Positions 1 through 13,674 of a stretch of 64,000 nucleotides of DNA are shown piece by piece. The position numbers and the translations under genes are program-made. Position 1 is the stretch's first letter. Every line of letters begins with the position of its first letter. Under the pieces are notes generated by a model. That model was not told the DNA's origin, did not search any database, and saw only the letters and a list, made by a program, of their open reading frames with translations. The DNA comes from Callorhinchus milii (taxonomy: Eukaryota): contig NW_024704742.1 of assembly GCF_018977255.1 (NCBI RefSeq), forward strand, positions 40,178,001-40,242,000, given 5' to 3'.

Positions 1-381
1 TCCTCCTTATCTGGAAGGTGCTATATCAATGCAAAATTATTGTTATGTGGTCACTGAGCACAAATAGTACACTTGAAACAAATGAGCATCAATTATCATG
101 TAGACCTACAAAGACATCAGATATATCATTGCGATGTTGTCCTGCTTAGATTAAAGGTTATGCTAAATGTAGTAACTGCTTTTAAGGATAAGTCTTTACT
201 TTTTATGCACTTTTAAGAACCTCCGTTAAATATTAAACACAATTAATAAGTGTTATACTATCTTGCTTGGATGTTGTGCTGCAGCATTAAATCACTATTT
301 GACACTTTTAATACCAAAAAAAAGGTCGAATAAAATATTTTTAAATTTGTCTAAATATCTGTATTATTCCTCACATCCATG

Positions 382-945
382 CCTTGATCCGTTCAGCTTT
401 TCCCCACCTCTGCGACGTAGCCTGCCTCCATCACTACTTCTCCCCTTGTGCTGCTGAAAACCTTATTCATGCTTTTATCACATTCAGGTTTGACTACGCT
501 AACTCCATGAGCCAATTACCCCCATCCTTGCACAGCGCCACTAGTCCCCCTCCACCAGCGAATTGAGTTAAAGTTCCTCATCCTCACTTTTAAATCCCTC
601 CCCAGTCCTGCCCTATCCTCCCTGTGACTTTCTAAAACTTTACCAACCTGCTCGCTCCCTCCGCTTGGCAGGTACTGGCTGATTCCCATACCCAGCCCTG
701 CCTTCCTCCGCCTATCTGCAGTCTGGCCTTCAGCCTTTCTGCCCCACACTCTGGAACTCCTTCTCAGAGTCCCTTTGCCTCACGCCTTCGCTCGCGGCTT
801 CAAGGTCAGTCTCAAGACGTTTCTTTTTGGTCATCTTCCCGTCCCTACGCCCCTTGGCCCCCTGCCTCTCCCGAGTCTAACCCCCAGCTCGAGTTCAAAA
901 CCTTGACTGTCCAGGGACGTCCTTCCGACATAAATGGTGCTATAG
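382..945 (+). mobile_element. L2 LINE 3' fragment
   Basis: LIHAFITFRFDYANS remnant; 3' end gggacgtcc...ggtgctata. Confidence 0.8.
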
Positions 946-1430
946 TTATTTGGGCTAGCAAAAACATGCAGTAATTGTAATTTAAAGTATATCCTGTGAA
1001 GCACTTTGATATGTGCTCCTGATGTTAAAGGTGCTATACCAAATGTAAGGATCATTATTATTTTTACAGTGAAAAACCATGAGACTAATATCAAAGTATA
1101 TTCTGTACAGACGTCATTGTAATATCTCTGCGTTTTTGGAACAAATGGCCCATCTTAAAATTAGTCAACATACTACATTGAAAGATTTAAATATTTGGAA
1201 AGGTAACTGACTGAAGTAATTTGAATTTCTGGTGCCGGAAAGCTGTTCAGATAAACTGAAGGAAGTTTGACACCTAAAACCATTCCACAGTTGATGGACA
1301 AAGGAGGAATGCAGTAAAACATGTACAAAACTATTAATAAATCTGGAAATTCTGAAATTAAAGAAATCTTATCAACAATAGGAATCTGAAGTTTGAGCTT
1401 CAAACATCCCATTTCATTTCATGTGCTAAT

Positions 1431-4400
1431 TACAACAACTTGCACTTATATAGCACCCTCATCAGAGGGCAGCGTCTCAAAGCAGTTAACAGTGATGCAG
1501 CCTGACTCCGAGCCGGGGGGAGGATTGGGGTAAGTGGCCGGAAGCACAGTCAAAGAGGAAGGTTTTCAGGTGGGCCTTGAAAAGGGGAGAGCGGGGGCAA
1601 GATGGAGGGATTGAGGGAGAGTGTTACAGAGGTTTGGGGCGTAGTGGCTGAAAGCACAACCTCCGATGGTGGGCGGAGGGTACGAGGGACAAGGAAGAGG
1701 CCAGTGCCAGTCGAGCGGAAACGCAGGTGGTTGATTGGGGAGTGAGGAGGTCAGAGAGGTAGGGAGGTGCCAGAGAGTGAAGGGATTTGAACACTAGTGT
1801 GAGGATCTTGAAGTTGATCCGTTCGGTGATGGGGAGCCAGTGGAGCCCGGCCAGAACTGGTGAGATGTGGGTACGGAGTTTAGTCTGGGTCAGTATGTGG
1901 GCGGCAGAGTTTTGAATGAGTTGAATCTTGTGAATAGTTGAGCTGGGGAGACCAGCGAGGAGTGTGCTGGAGTAATCCCAGTGGGAGGTGACAAATGCAT
2001 GCACGAGGGTTTGGGCTGCATTTGGGGTAAGGTACAGTCGGGGGTCAGGGACCAGATGTGGGGGAGGAAGGACAGCTGGGGGTCGAACCAAACGCCTAGA
2101 TTGCACACTGGTAGGGTGAGCCTGAGGGAAAGCCCAGAGAGGTTGAGGCGTTTAGATCCACAGGAGCCATGGAGTATGGCTTCCATCTTGTCTATATTCA
2201 GCTGCAGAAAGTTTACATTCATCCAGGCCATGATGTCTGCCAGACAAGCTGATAGAACATGAGTGGACCTGGAGTTGTACTGGAGGAGGCAAAATAGATT
2301 TGTGTGTCATCCGCATACATGTGGAAGTTTACCCCGTGTCTGCGGATGACATTGCCCAGAGGGAGCATATAGATTAGGAAAAGAAGAGGGCCAAGGATGG
2401 AGCCCTGGGGTACCCCACAGGTGACCGGGTGGGGCAGTAGGAGAAACCATTTGCTGAGATGAAATGGAGGCGGTAGGTTAAGTGGGAATCGAACCATGCA
2501 AGTGCCGTCCCACTAAGGTGGATGAGGGAGGAGAGGCGGCGGAGGAGGATGGCGTGGTCGACTGTGTTGAACACGGCAGAGAGATCCAGGAGGACGAGGA
2601 AGCAGAGGGAGCCCCGGTCACAGATAGAGAAAATGTTGTTTGTGACTTTGACAAGCGCTGTCTCTGTGCTGTGGGCAGGGAGAAAACCAGACTGCAGGGC
2701 CTCGAGGAGGGAGAGGTGTGACCGAAGTTGACCTACAACAATGCATTCCAGGACTTTGGCAAGAAAAGGCAGGTTGGAGATGGGATGGTAGTGTGCGAGG
2801 TTAGAGGGATCGAGGGTGTTTTTTTTTTGAGGAGGGGTGTGATGACAGCGTTTTTCAGGGGGAGTGGAACAGAGCCTGAGGAGAGACTGGTTGATCGTGT
2901 CGGCCAGCAACAAGAGAAGGGGCAGTTGAGTGACCAACAGCTGGGTGGGGAGGGTGTCAGGGTAGCAGGTGGTGGACTTCATCTGGGTGATTGTGGTTGA
3001 GAGGGAGGAGGGAGAAATGGGGGTAAAGGAGTGTAAGGAGGCGGGAGTGGTAGGCGTATTGGCAGAGGGAGAAGGCTGTGTGGATGGTCTGGGGGGGTGG
3101 AAGGGGACATGTGGGGGAGGACAATGCAGCCAAGTGGATGTTTTCAATTTTTGAGGTAAAGAAGTCTGGGATCTCTTCACACTTGACATTTGATGTGAGG
3201 ATGGAGGGGGTTTGAGGGGGATGCACAGAGGAGGTGATGGACAGTGGAAAACAGCGTCTTTGGATTGTTGTTTGCCTCCAGGATGACTTTGGAGTAAAAG
3301 TCAGCTTTGGCCTGTGATAGGGAGAGGCGGTAGGTATGGAGGTGCTTGAGCCACAGCTGGCGGTGAATCATGAGGCCATATTTCTGCCATCAGCGCTCGA
3401 GTGTCCGTGTTTGGGTTTTAAATGAGCAGAGATGACTGTTGCACCAGTGGGAGTGGGTGGGTTTGGAAACAACCCTGGATTTCAGGGGAGCCAGGAAAAT
3501 AAAGGTCGTGGAGAGACGGTCATTCAGCAGCTTGACGGCTGCATCAGGATTGCTGCGGGTAGAGGGCCAGAGGGAGAGGAGGTCCGAGGAAGAGAGGGCA
3601 TTTGTGAGGGATTCGGGGAAGGTTTTTCCAGGGGTGGAAAGAAATGGTGGAGGGTTTAGAAGAGGCGAAGGGGAAGTGGGAGGAGAGGGAGATGTGGGAG
3701 GTGAGAGAGATGAGGAAGTGGTCCAAGATGGCCTTGCCCGTGATTGACAGGTCGGAAATGTCAAGGCCATGTGTGATGACGAGTTGATGTGGAGGGTGAG
3801 GTTTAGGGAGGAGAGGAGGGCAGTGAAATCTGAGGAGGTGGTGCAAGGGGAGTTTAGGTGGAGGTTGAAATTCACCCATTATGAGCAGGTGTTCAGTGCA
3901 GAGGGACAGGGATGAGAGGAGAGAGGAGATATCAGTGAGAAAGGAGCCAGATTTGGAGAGGTGGTTAACTATATGAGGGAGAGAGAGGAGAGATGGGAGA
4001 AGGGGAGGTGCTGAAAGGAGGAGAAATAGTCAGAGGAATCGAGGGATAGATCAAGGGAAGCTTGGGAGATGAGGGCCACCCCACCGCCACGTTGTTTGGG
4101 ACAGGGGGTGTGGTGAAAAGTGTAGCCAGGAGGGGAGACTTCAACGAGGGGGACGGGGTCACCGGGGGAGACCCAGGTTTCTGTAAGCCCAAGAATATCA
4201 ATGAGCTCATCCAGGATGAGGTCATGGATAGTAAGGGCTTTGTTGGAGAGAGAGCGGACATTTTGGAGGCAAATTCAGATAGGTTTCCTGGTCGGGGGCA
4301 GTGATGGTACAGAAAGAATTTGGGGTCGTCTGGGAGAAATGACCGTGGTTTGAGGAGCAGGGAAAGTTGGAGAGAGTATGGATGAGGGAGGGGGAAGGGG

Positions 4401-4660
4401 TGTTTGCCTTTCGGAAGCGGTTGCTGCGGAGAGAGTGAGCGATGGGACAGTTGGTGTGGCTACTCTGGGACAACCAATGCCACGATGGGCCTGGTGGAGG
4501 ATGCCCAGGCTGGAGTAGAGGGGAGTCCAGGAGAAAGTGAAGGCGTGGAGAGCAGTGTTAGAGAAGGACAGAGTGGAAGTAGCAGAGTGTGGGGCGTGGG
4601 AGCAGGAACATTTTCAGGTGGAGCGGCTCGGGGCAGAATTAACACTCAAGTCGCAAAACG
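1431..4660 (-). mobile_element. Near-complete ORF2 of an L2-clade LINE, frameshifted
   Basis: APE endonuclease motifs (NVRSL...HDLILDELIDILGLTETW near 4170-4260), RT motifs ([40 protein letters not shown]...MYADDTQIY), C-terminal LHWLPITERINFKIL, and a (GTT)n-type tail. Confidence 0.93.
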
Positions 4661-4761
4661 TCATTTGTTGGTCAGCACATACAATACAAATTATATTTGT
4701 ATAGTGCCTTTCACGTCGGGAGGACGTCCCAAGGCGCTGAAACAGGTTGGGAAAAGTTGCA

Positions 4762-5121
4762 TGGAGTCCTGTAGAGTAGCGGTTAGAGTGCTTGCCTCGC
4801 AAGCGAGAGGACCTGGGTTCAATTCTCAGCCAGGGCAAAACCTTAGGCAAGTTTCCTTACTTTGCACACGCCTGTTTACCCAGCAGTAAGAAGGAACCCG
4901 GTTGTTAGTCAATTGTCAGATCGCTTTTTAGAGGGTAATAAACCCTTCAAAAAAAAAAAAAATGTGGTCACTCAATCCACGACTGTTTGAGGGATACTGC
5001 TGTGTGCAATTCATCCACAAAATATAGTCAGTTCACTTTACAGTATATTCTGTGAAGCGCTTTGTGACGTCTCGAAGATGTGATAAGGCGCTATATCAAA
5101 TGCAAGGATTATTATTATTAT
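4762..5121 (+). mobile_element. tRNA-derived SINE, full length (tRNA-Ala(CGC)-like head, (ATT)n tail)
   Basis: A-box/B-box head GGAGTCCTGTAG...GGTTAGAG...CTCGCAAG...GGGTTCAATTC, shared body, tail atcaaatgcaaggattattatt; at least 7 copies in the window. Confidence 0.9.
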
Positions 5122-8100
5122 CAAATACCCAAAGATAATTATTTGCTCAATTCAATTGTGGATGAGCTGATGAATCATGCAGTGGGCGGACAGAATTGAA
5201 ATAATTTTGCTTCCCTTAACCAAAGGAAAAAGAGCCAGCATCTAATTCAGTGAACTTTGTTCAATAATTAGGACATTGGCTTAGAAAAGAGAACAAGACG
5301 TACAAAGAGAAATGTTATTGAAAGCGACAAACAAAATTCAAAAGTCAGAGAAAGGGAAAAGCCAAGTAAACTGAAGAAAAGTCAGAATATGTTGGAGAAG
5401 ATATTCAATAAGTTGAAGTCACAAGAAGAGAAACTCTATAGCTCTATGAGAAAGAGAATGAGTTGAAGAGTTTATGAGAATAAATATCTAACATTTCAGA
5501 ATTACGTCCTATAATCAATGGATATTATAAGTCTAATTACAATGATATATAATTTGTATACATTATGCACAATATTTAAAATCGTGAACGGTAAGAAACC
5601 TATGCAAAACTATTTGCAATAGGAAGCATAGCGGTAAACTCCATGAAATCAGAAAGGCTTTTCTGATTAGGCTTTTAATCTATTAAAGAATAGGCTTTAC
5701 TTTAAACTAAATTAATATTAAATAGATCTGCTCAGCGATGGTAGCTTCTGATGTTAGTAAATATGGTGCTGAAATAGAAACCAGTAACATACATCGTGCT
5801 GGTATAATTTCTAGTAGTAAAGTACCAGTGAGACTCATATCCAGGTTATTTATAGAGGAACACTTTATATAAAGAGTTACTATATTTGGTTTCCAAAAGC
5901 AGTAGAAACTCGGGGCGTCCAACACACATGCTGTAATATATCCATATAGAGTTAGAGAATAAAACTAGAATAGTAGTAAAATAAAACTCAAAAAGGTCAG
6001 AGAATAAAGAAAATTGAAAGAAAAATGGGAGAGGGTGAATATTAAGTAAAACTTTTAAAAATATTTTTACATTGTCATTTTGTTTATTTATTGTAATAAG
6101 TTAAGGTTAATATTATATGAATTAGGCAATAATAATAATAGCATTTGATGCTTATATTCAACAGCTTTACTTCTAATCTGTACATCTGTAATGTTAGTTT
6201 TACTTCTAAGCTGTACATTTGTAATGTTAGCTCGGGTGAACATGCTTAACTATCCAATGCATGGGACGTTGTTGTTGTTGTAGTTTTGATAACCCAGTAC
6301 ATCAGATAAAAACTTACAGGAAAGCTCAGCTGATGGAGACAAGAAGTTCTGTAGACGTAGCAGGAGTCAAGGGGTTAACATCTGCATATCCATTTATTAT
6401 ATATTAATATCAATTTGCACTGTGTTTTATATTTTTTCTGCAGAAAAAGATGCAACTTTTCATAACTCTTCAGATTCCAATTTCCCACTACTATTTATTT
6501 CTCAGCGAAATAATGCTTTATTTTAACCACTGTTACTGAATATATTTGTAAGATATATTGCTACTTGAGAAGCGTGTTTTTTTTTGGTTAGCTTGCTTTT
6601 GCTCATTCTTTATAATTCTCTCAATGATCCTTCCAAGATTCTTACACTTTTAAACCACTTTTGGTAATGTATGCCGCACAATGGGTCTTGGCCCTTCACC
6701 TAGGTTTCTCAATAAAAAGGGTCCTGAGAGAAACAATGCTGGAACTAAAGGTTGTGGGCAATAGCCCCAGCCAGGATGTTAAAGACATCTGGCTCTTAGC
6801 AGATCGGAGAATCCAGCCATTATAAGTGAAGCCAATACAACTCAGATGGTTGTGGGTTGAATCCCAGGAGTTATTGTTACTAGTTACTCAAAGCTAGGCT
6901 CAGCTGGCACGAGTTTACAACTTCTGTCAAAGCATAAGGTGGAATGTCTCGTGATAATAGAAAGAAAACTATATTGTTCCTCTCATACTGCAAGCTGTTC
7001 GCAACGATGCATTTGGTAGTCAAGAAAAAGCTCTACTTTGGCCCACAGTCTCACAGCTGAATTAGGTAACAGAGCCAGACATTAAGAGGGTGCGGGCCAT
7101 GGGGGAAGAGGGCTTGAATAGGGTAAATAAATAGGGAAAAAATGTTTTAGACAGTTTGAACACTATTACACTACTTTATAATGTAGGCATTGATCTGCTA
7201 CACTTAAGTATACAAATGCACTATTGTGTTGTTGTGCAGGAGATGGGCTGAATGGTCCATGCTGTAATTTCAATCATTCTATGAAAGAAATAACAGGAAT
7301 CTGCTGATGCTATAGGTGAATTCTGAGTATGTTGCTTGTCCCTCACAGCCTCATTTTAACATGGAGACTGAAGCATGAATGGAATCGGGCCATTGTAACT
7401 CACAAGTTCCCAGTGAGAAATTCTAATCCTGATGCTAGTAACTTGTACACAAATGCTCAAGCAATATAAAGGTTAATGGATGCTGCACAAATTATTCTGT
7501 AGAAAAATGACAACTTTTTCTAGCTTACTCTCATAAATAATATATTGCATTTGATATAGCGCCTCATCACGTCTTCTAGACGTCTCAAAGCGCTTCACAG
7601 AATATACTGTAAAGTGAAATAACTGTATATTTTGGGAGCGAACTTCCTGACTGACCCGTTCCATTCTGTGCTGGCAACCTCCACAATTAGTTTGACATTA
7701 ACAACCTCCAACTGGTCAATGGTTTAACGACAATGTCAACTGTACTCGGGCGAGAAATCCACAAATAAATGAGTCAAAACTGCTGCAGTAAATAAGGAAT
7801 GTTCATTGCACCCTCAGGGAATCATTAAAGTACAGATGTTCTGAGTTATGCAACTGTGTAAAACCACAGAACTCAATAGCACTATTAATATTTTAAATTA
7901 ACATAGCAAAAGGTTATTAGACATAGCTTTTCATTTTATGTTAAAATTTGTGGAGAAAAATTGTGGCTTGTCCTCAGTACCAAGGGATTACACTGGGCTC
8001 GATTTTCTGCGTTGATTGAATTTTGGAATAGAGGAAATGTGGAAAATAACATCACTAATGTTGTGTAGCAAATGTGTTTAATGGTTTGAGAAGGCGTTTT

Positions 8101-9672
8101 ACTACATGCAGCTAAAGTGTTTTAATCTAGAGGAATGCAGCCCTCATCAATGCTCAATACCGGTACACAAAAACAAGATTAACCGAATTCCATTAGGAAA
8201 GATGGATTGATAGATGTTTCTATGCTTATTATGAATGCTGAGGAGCCGTTTAAATTGTTTCCTAGGGGCTGTCTGTTTCAGCACAGACCAAAAAGGGACA
8301 AGTAAACGGGGAGCCCCATTTTTAAATTCAAATTTCATACTAAATCAAATGCACCATTAACACTACATAAAAGGTTTTGTTTGCAAAAACTATATTGCAG
8401 AAATACCTTTTACCATAAATAGATTTGAGCATAAGCATATTAATGGTGCATTGAAACAGTTTACATGGTATTACGAAAACAACTTGGATTTATATAGCGC
8501 CCTCTATGCTGGACGGCATCTCAGAGCGCTTCACAGTAATGGATCCCGGAGCCGAGTCAGAGGGAGGGGGAGGAAGGTGACCAAAGTCTTTTCAAAGAAA
8601 GGTTCAGAGTTAGGTGTGATCAATTGTATCTATCGCAATCCTAGCAATGATATAATCTAATATAGTATCTCAAGAAGAAATCTGTGGAAGCACAAGCTTC
8701 TAATCTGTTACAAGCAGTAGTTTTTCCAATTATCCTGTGTCTCCTGAAATTGTAGGTAGTCTATTCAGACTACTGCTCCACCTCTAAATAGCATTTTTTT
8801 TCTTTTTGCTTATGGATATGGGAAAGCAAATGATTTACATTGCACAGACCAGCGCTTTCTTTTGTATGCACTGAGCAATACATTTCTAATCCACTTTCTC
8901 TGAAAATAAAGAACTTGATCTGTAGAGCCTATGTGCACAGTCTTCTTCACGCAATGGCGCACGATTATCCAGTACTTTGAATATTATTCAAGTCCTTTGC
9001 TGTCTGGTTTTGCACAACATAGCAAATCGTTTCAGTACTTCTGAAAGAACCATAAGGGATCTCCAGTTTTACTCATTTTGTACAACATATTTTACAACTC
9101 TCAGCCGTGCACTTCACTTGCCAATGATCCCACTACACCTTCAATAGTGTGGGTTTAATATACATATTAAATACACACAAGACAAAAAATAAACAAGATT
9201 TTCAACAATAAAAATTCTCAACACAAATGGTTTGATTATACTTTTTTTTACTCGTTGAGTACAAAATATTTTGGTCATCCACTCCAAGGTCTTAACAAAT
9301 GGAACATTAACAAGAAGAAACAGATAATAATGTACAGTATTATATTGCTCGTAGTTGCTTTCCTTGGGTGCTCATTATCAGCAAACATAATTTTCTCAAT
9401 TAAATAGGATTTGGTAAAAAATAAAATACATTCATAGAATGAAAACTTTGTCCGTACTTAAAATTGAAAGTTATTACAGGCAAAAGCATGTTAACATTTT
9501 CCTCACCACTTCCCATTTACAACACAAACAACAGATATTTTAAGTACAGTAAAAAGTTGAAGACCATTTTAGTCTATCAATACTGACTTTACATGGTTCC
9601 CTTACATAAGAACTACATCAATGAATATAACTTAATTTATAATATACAATGTACATTATAGCTTATAACAAT

Positions 9673-9678
9673 TTTATT
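9673..9678 (-). terminator. Candidate proximal polyadenylation signal (AATAAA)
   Basis: TTTATT on + strand, about 17 nt after the stop codon. The repeat-poor AT-rich stretch to about 8.7 kb may be a longer 3'UTR that uses a distal site. Confidence 0.3.
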
Positions 9679-9694
9679 GAACCAGAGTAGAAAG

Positions 9695-9812
9695 TTACCG
9701 CTTTGTCCTTTTTGCTGGTACTTCTGATTTCTGCTGCCCCCTTCTGCGTTCCACCGGACTAGTTTCACGTTTGCGACCTTGTTTAGTCACAGGACTTGGC
9801 TGACTCCTTGAT
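9695..9812 (-). CDS. BOD1L1: BOD1L1 last coding exon
   Basis: ttgcacag|A TCA...; encodes SRSQPSPVTKQGRKRETSPVERRRGQQKSEVPAKRTKR*, matching the BOD1L1 C-terminus SKTQLSPSIKRKREVSPPGARTRGQQRVEEAPVKKAKR*. Confidence 0.93.
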
Positions 9813-11286
9813 CTGTGCAATAACAAAAAGAAGCAATTCAAACATGGGATCAAACTTGTCTTTTAGTCACCTTTTCGACCTCTCCAATGACCTGTTCACT
9901 TCCCTCCCCAGCTCCAACCCCCAAGCTTCAGATCATCCAGAACTCCACAGCATATATTCTCTCCTACACTAGATTCCGCAACCCCAATACCCCCAATCTC
10001 TGAACTCCCTTCCGACATCCCTCTGCCTCACAATATCTCTCCGCTTTAAAACCCATCGAAAGACATACTTCTTTGATTGTACCAAGATTTTTATTGTTTT
10101 AATAATGCATCTAGAAAAGAGATTATTATATTTGAGATAACCTCAAGCTTTATCATTTAAAAGACGCAGGAAAAAATGACTTGCATTTTGTAACTGGTGA
10201 TAATGCTATTTATTCCAGGTTATACTGGTACTAGTTGGAAGCAATAGTAAACATTGCCAACATTGTGTGGATCTGTGGAAATAGCATCAACCCCGACTTC
10301 AAAAGAGCACTCTGCTGCACAATGTAGCAATGTTTCTGTTCTTTCCAACTGTAAAGCACATTTCTCAGGCCTGACATAAATGGACTAATGCTAGGGACTA
10401 ACATGTCAAACTTAATTAACTCTTGACACCCGAGTTGTTTTATTAATTAGACTTTATCTTTTTGGTTTAACTTAATTCCAGGGGAAGTACAATAAATGCT
10501 AAGCAGAAAACCACATGCAATGCTTAGGGGGAGATATTTAGGGGGAGATATTTAGGTTTCAATTGCTGTGATTCCTTAATAATGATTTAAGAGTCTCAAA
10601 TGGGGAGTCCTTCCAGCCTGACCAACAGGAACTCTGCTCCATCCCTGGGGCATTTCCACAGATCTGTGTGATGAACTTCCAATTGTTGAAAAGACTTTCT
10701 ATTTGAGAATGAAAGTCATCAAGAAATCCTGTTATGAATCACTACAAATTAGGCTCAAAGGCAACGTTTCCTGCTAATAATCACCATCAAATGACCCCTG
10801 TTAAAAATGTGTGCGTATATTGGCAAGAATAGAGTTAGCTCTCGTGATCAGACATGAAATGCTCAAGTGTCTGGGCTCTTACACAAAGAATAGCCACTTT
10901 TAACTGGAGAGATGCTAACACTCTAGCACCAGACTGAGTACTGCCTTCAAACTGAGAACATTTAATATAACTTAAAATTTAAAAATGTTGTGGATGGTGC
11001 AGTGATAGCAATCAAACAGGTGATATTTACATGTAAACAGACCCCAACTGCTGCCCCAGCTAAAATCAGCTATCGCACAACAAAGATCAAATTGGAAACA
11101 AAATCCTATAAAGTAGCAAAAATAAATTAGTTTTAAGAACGTTTTGGGGGAAACAAAATGCCAACCAGGGCACGTCATTCTTATTTCCTAGGCCTTTGCC
11201 TGCATTAAATGACACCATGTCATGCAACATGAAATTAAAGATGAAATTGAGATGCACAATTATAACCTTTTCCTCTGTCATCTTAC

Positions 11287-11466
11287 CTTGTAACTAAACC
11301 TATTACTGGAGATTTCCCAGGCTTTGAATCAGACGATGGCTTCTCTTTTGCTGAGGTTGCTGAACGTCTTTCTCGTTCAGATACTGCCAAATGCTCAGGG
11401 CTGCTTATTTTTTTGGCTGCTCGCGTAGTTGGTTTATTTTGAGCGTTCAAATCAGATGTCTGGCTT
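11287..11466 (-). CDS. BOD1L1: BOD1L1 penultimate coding exon
   Basis: ccattttgtag|A AGC...ACA AG|gtaaga; open 180-nt frame SQTSDLNAQNKPTTRAAKKISSPE...KSPVIGLVT; phase 2 to 2. Confidence 0.82.
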
Positions 11467-12760
11467 CTACAAAATGGGACAAAATATCAGAACTAAATGT
11501 ACTGAACATGTAAGCATTGCATTCCTTCATAGTTAAGATTCCGAAAGCCAGGTACGACACTAGGTGAATGCACTGTAACTTTTGGTCACAGCACTTTTTT
11601 TTAAACCTTGTACTGTTACTGCCAAAATTCCAGCGGTAATTTGGACAACTATTGCCTTCATTACTGACTGTGATTAGATCTGTTTCTAAGGGATTACTCA
11701 TGAATTTAACTGAAGGTTACTTGTGCATCTGAGCTTGAGATAGATTGGCTGGGTGAGACACACCTAAAGAGTACTTTTTGGAAGAAAAAATTAAAAACTT
11801 GCACAAGGGATATGGAATTGTTTGTAATGCATAGTGGATTCTGCCTGTTTTATTCAATTTTTAAATGTGAGAACTTGATATCCTCTAAATGATCATAATC
11901 AAACTTAGGATATCTTAAATGCAGGAATTAATGAAACAGCTCTTCTATGACTCAAACAAAGTATGATTTAAATTCAGTGTTAATGCATAGGTTTGACTTA
12001 GCTCAGAAGTACATCGTATGTACAATAGTTTATTTTTAGTGCAACTTTGTAAATAAGTATTAATAAATGTACACATGTATTGCTCACATTTTCCTTTATC
12101 CAAAATACATCACTATTGCACAAGTCCATATAATGGTCATAACCTGGGATCCTGTGCATTCTTCAACAGACGTTTTAAAAAAAGTACAAACTCTTTAAAT
12201 TCCATTTGTATGGAATCACTGATATTGCAGGTAAAGAGGAAGGTTTCTAGGCGGGATTTAAAGACAGATCAAGAAGGAGCGAGTAGGAAGGGAATTTTAG
12301 AGATGGATCATAGAGATGGAGAGGTGCAAGCGGGGAAGGGATTTGTAGGTGAAGGTTAGGAAGTCAATCCGTTGGGAGCCTGGGAAGCTTGGAACGACGG
12401 ACATTCAGAGTCAGTTCAGGATGTGAGCCAACATCCTTATGCTCAGCTAATAGCCTAAGATAGCTCAACTTAGGCTACTAGCTGAGTCTAAGGATTCTGA
12501 AACAAGGGACACTGATTGCGAGGAGAGTGTATGACGAATCAAATAGGGAGGTAACAAAGGCGTAAATGAGGCAGCATTTGGTGTGAGAACTTCTCAACTC
12601 ATCCCTCCACAAGGTCTTGTGATGTGAACATAAATGCAGTTGAGCAATAATTGATTGCAAAGTAGGTTGCAGCATTTCAAAGCTTTAAGGCATCTTTAAG
12701 ATACTAATAATAAAAGTTGTCCATTTAAAGTAGTAAGATAGTTTTACATTAGAAATTTAC

Positions 12761-13412
12761 CTTGTTTTCTTTTCCTCTTGTTTTGAATGGGTTTTGCATC
12801 GAAGCTCTCTTGGTCTGAAATCTTCTTCAAGTTCACCTGCTTTTTTAACAGGTTCAGATTTACCTTTGTCCTTGGATGCAGATTTCTCTTCGAGCATCTT
12901 CTCTTCTCGTTTTGAAGAGCTTTTGCATCGAAGCTCTCTTGGTCTGAAATCATCTCGACTGGTGGCTGCTTTTTTAACAGGTTCAGATTTACCTTTGTCC
13001 TCAGATGCAGCTTTCTCCTCTTCAAGCTTCTTCTCTTCTCGTTTTGAAGAGGTTTTGCATCGAAGCTCTCTTGGTCTGAAATTTTCTTCTTGAACCATTA
13101 CTGCTTTTTTAACTGGTTCAGATGTACCTTCGTCCTCTGATGCAGATTTCTCTTCAAGCACCTTTTCTTCTTGTTTTGAAGAGCTTTTGCATCGAAGCTC
13201 TCTTGGTCTGAAATGTTCTTGAATTTCACCTGCTTTTTTAACAGGTTCAAATTTACCTTCGCTCTCTGATACAGATTTCTCTCCAAGCATCTTTTCTTCT
13301 TGTTTTGAAGAGATTTTAGATCGAAGCTCTCTTGGTCTGAAACCTTCCTGATTCTTGACTGCTTTTTGAACAGCTTCAGATTTACCACTGTCCTCGGATT
13401 CAGATTTCTCCT
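12761..13412 (-). CDS. BOD1L1: BOD1L1 internal exon made of five tandem 129-132-bp units
   Basis: Long polypyrimidine tract, then gcttgaag|AG GAG AAA...ACA AG|gtaaat; open frame (ORF 12757..13539) with five FRPRELR(C/S)K motifs; phase 1 to 2. Confidence 0.85.
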
Positions 13413-13674
13413 CTTCAAGCACACACAAAAAAAACAAGCACAAGGAAAAAAATAAATCAATAATCCTTAGATTTGATATACCGCCTTTCATGTCAGGGGG
13501 GAATCTCAAAGAGTTTAATAATAATAATAATCCTTGCATTTGATATAGCGCTTTTCACGTCTTCTAGATGTCTCAAAACGCTTCACAGAATATACTGTAA
13601 AGTGAATTGACTGTATATTTGTGGGCTTCACAGGATGTCAAGTGTAATGACTGTGTACTTGCAGATGAATATGA

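Noticed and set aside
4762..4835. tRNA-Ala(CGC) gene (and similar heads at 27641, 31690-31750, 43217, 44300-44361)
   Set aside because: Each continues into a shared SINE body and tail, with a disrupted acceptor stem and no Pol III terminator, so they are SINE heads.
6165..6232. 33-bp tandem duplication (and a 14-bp one at about 10525-10555)
   Set aside because: Ordinary slippage duplications with no sign of function.
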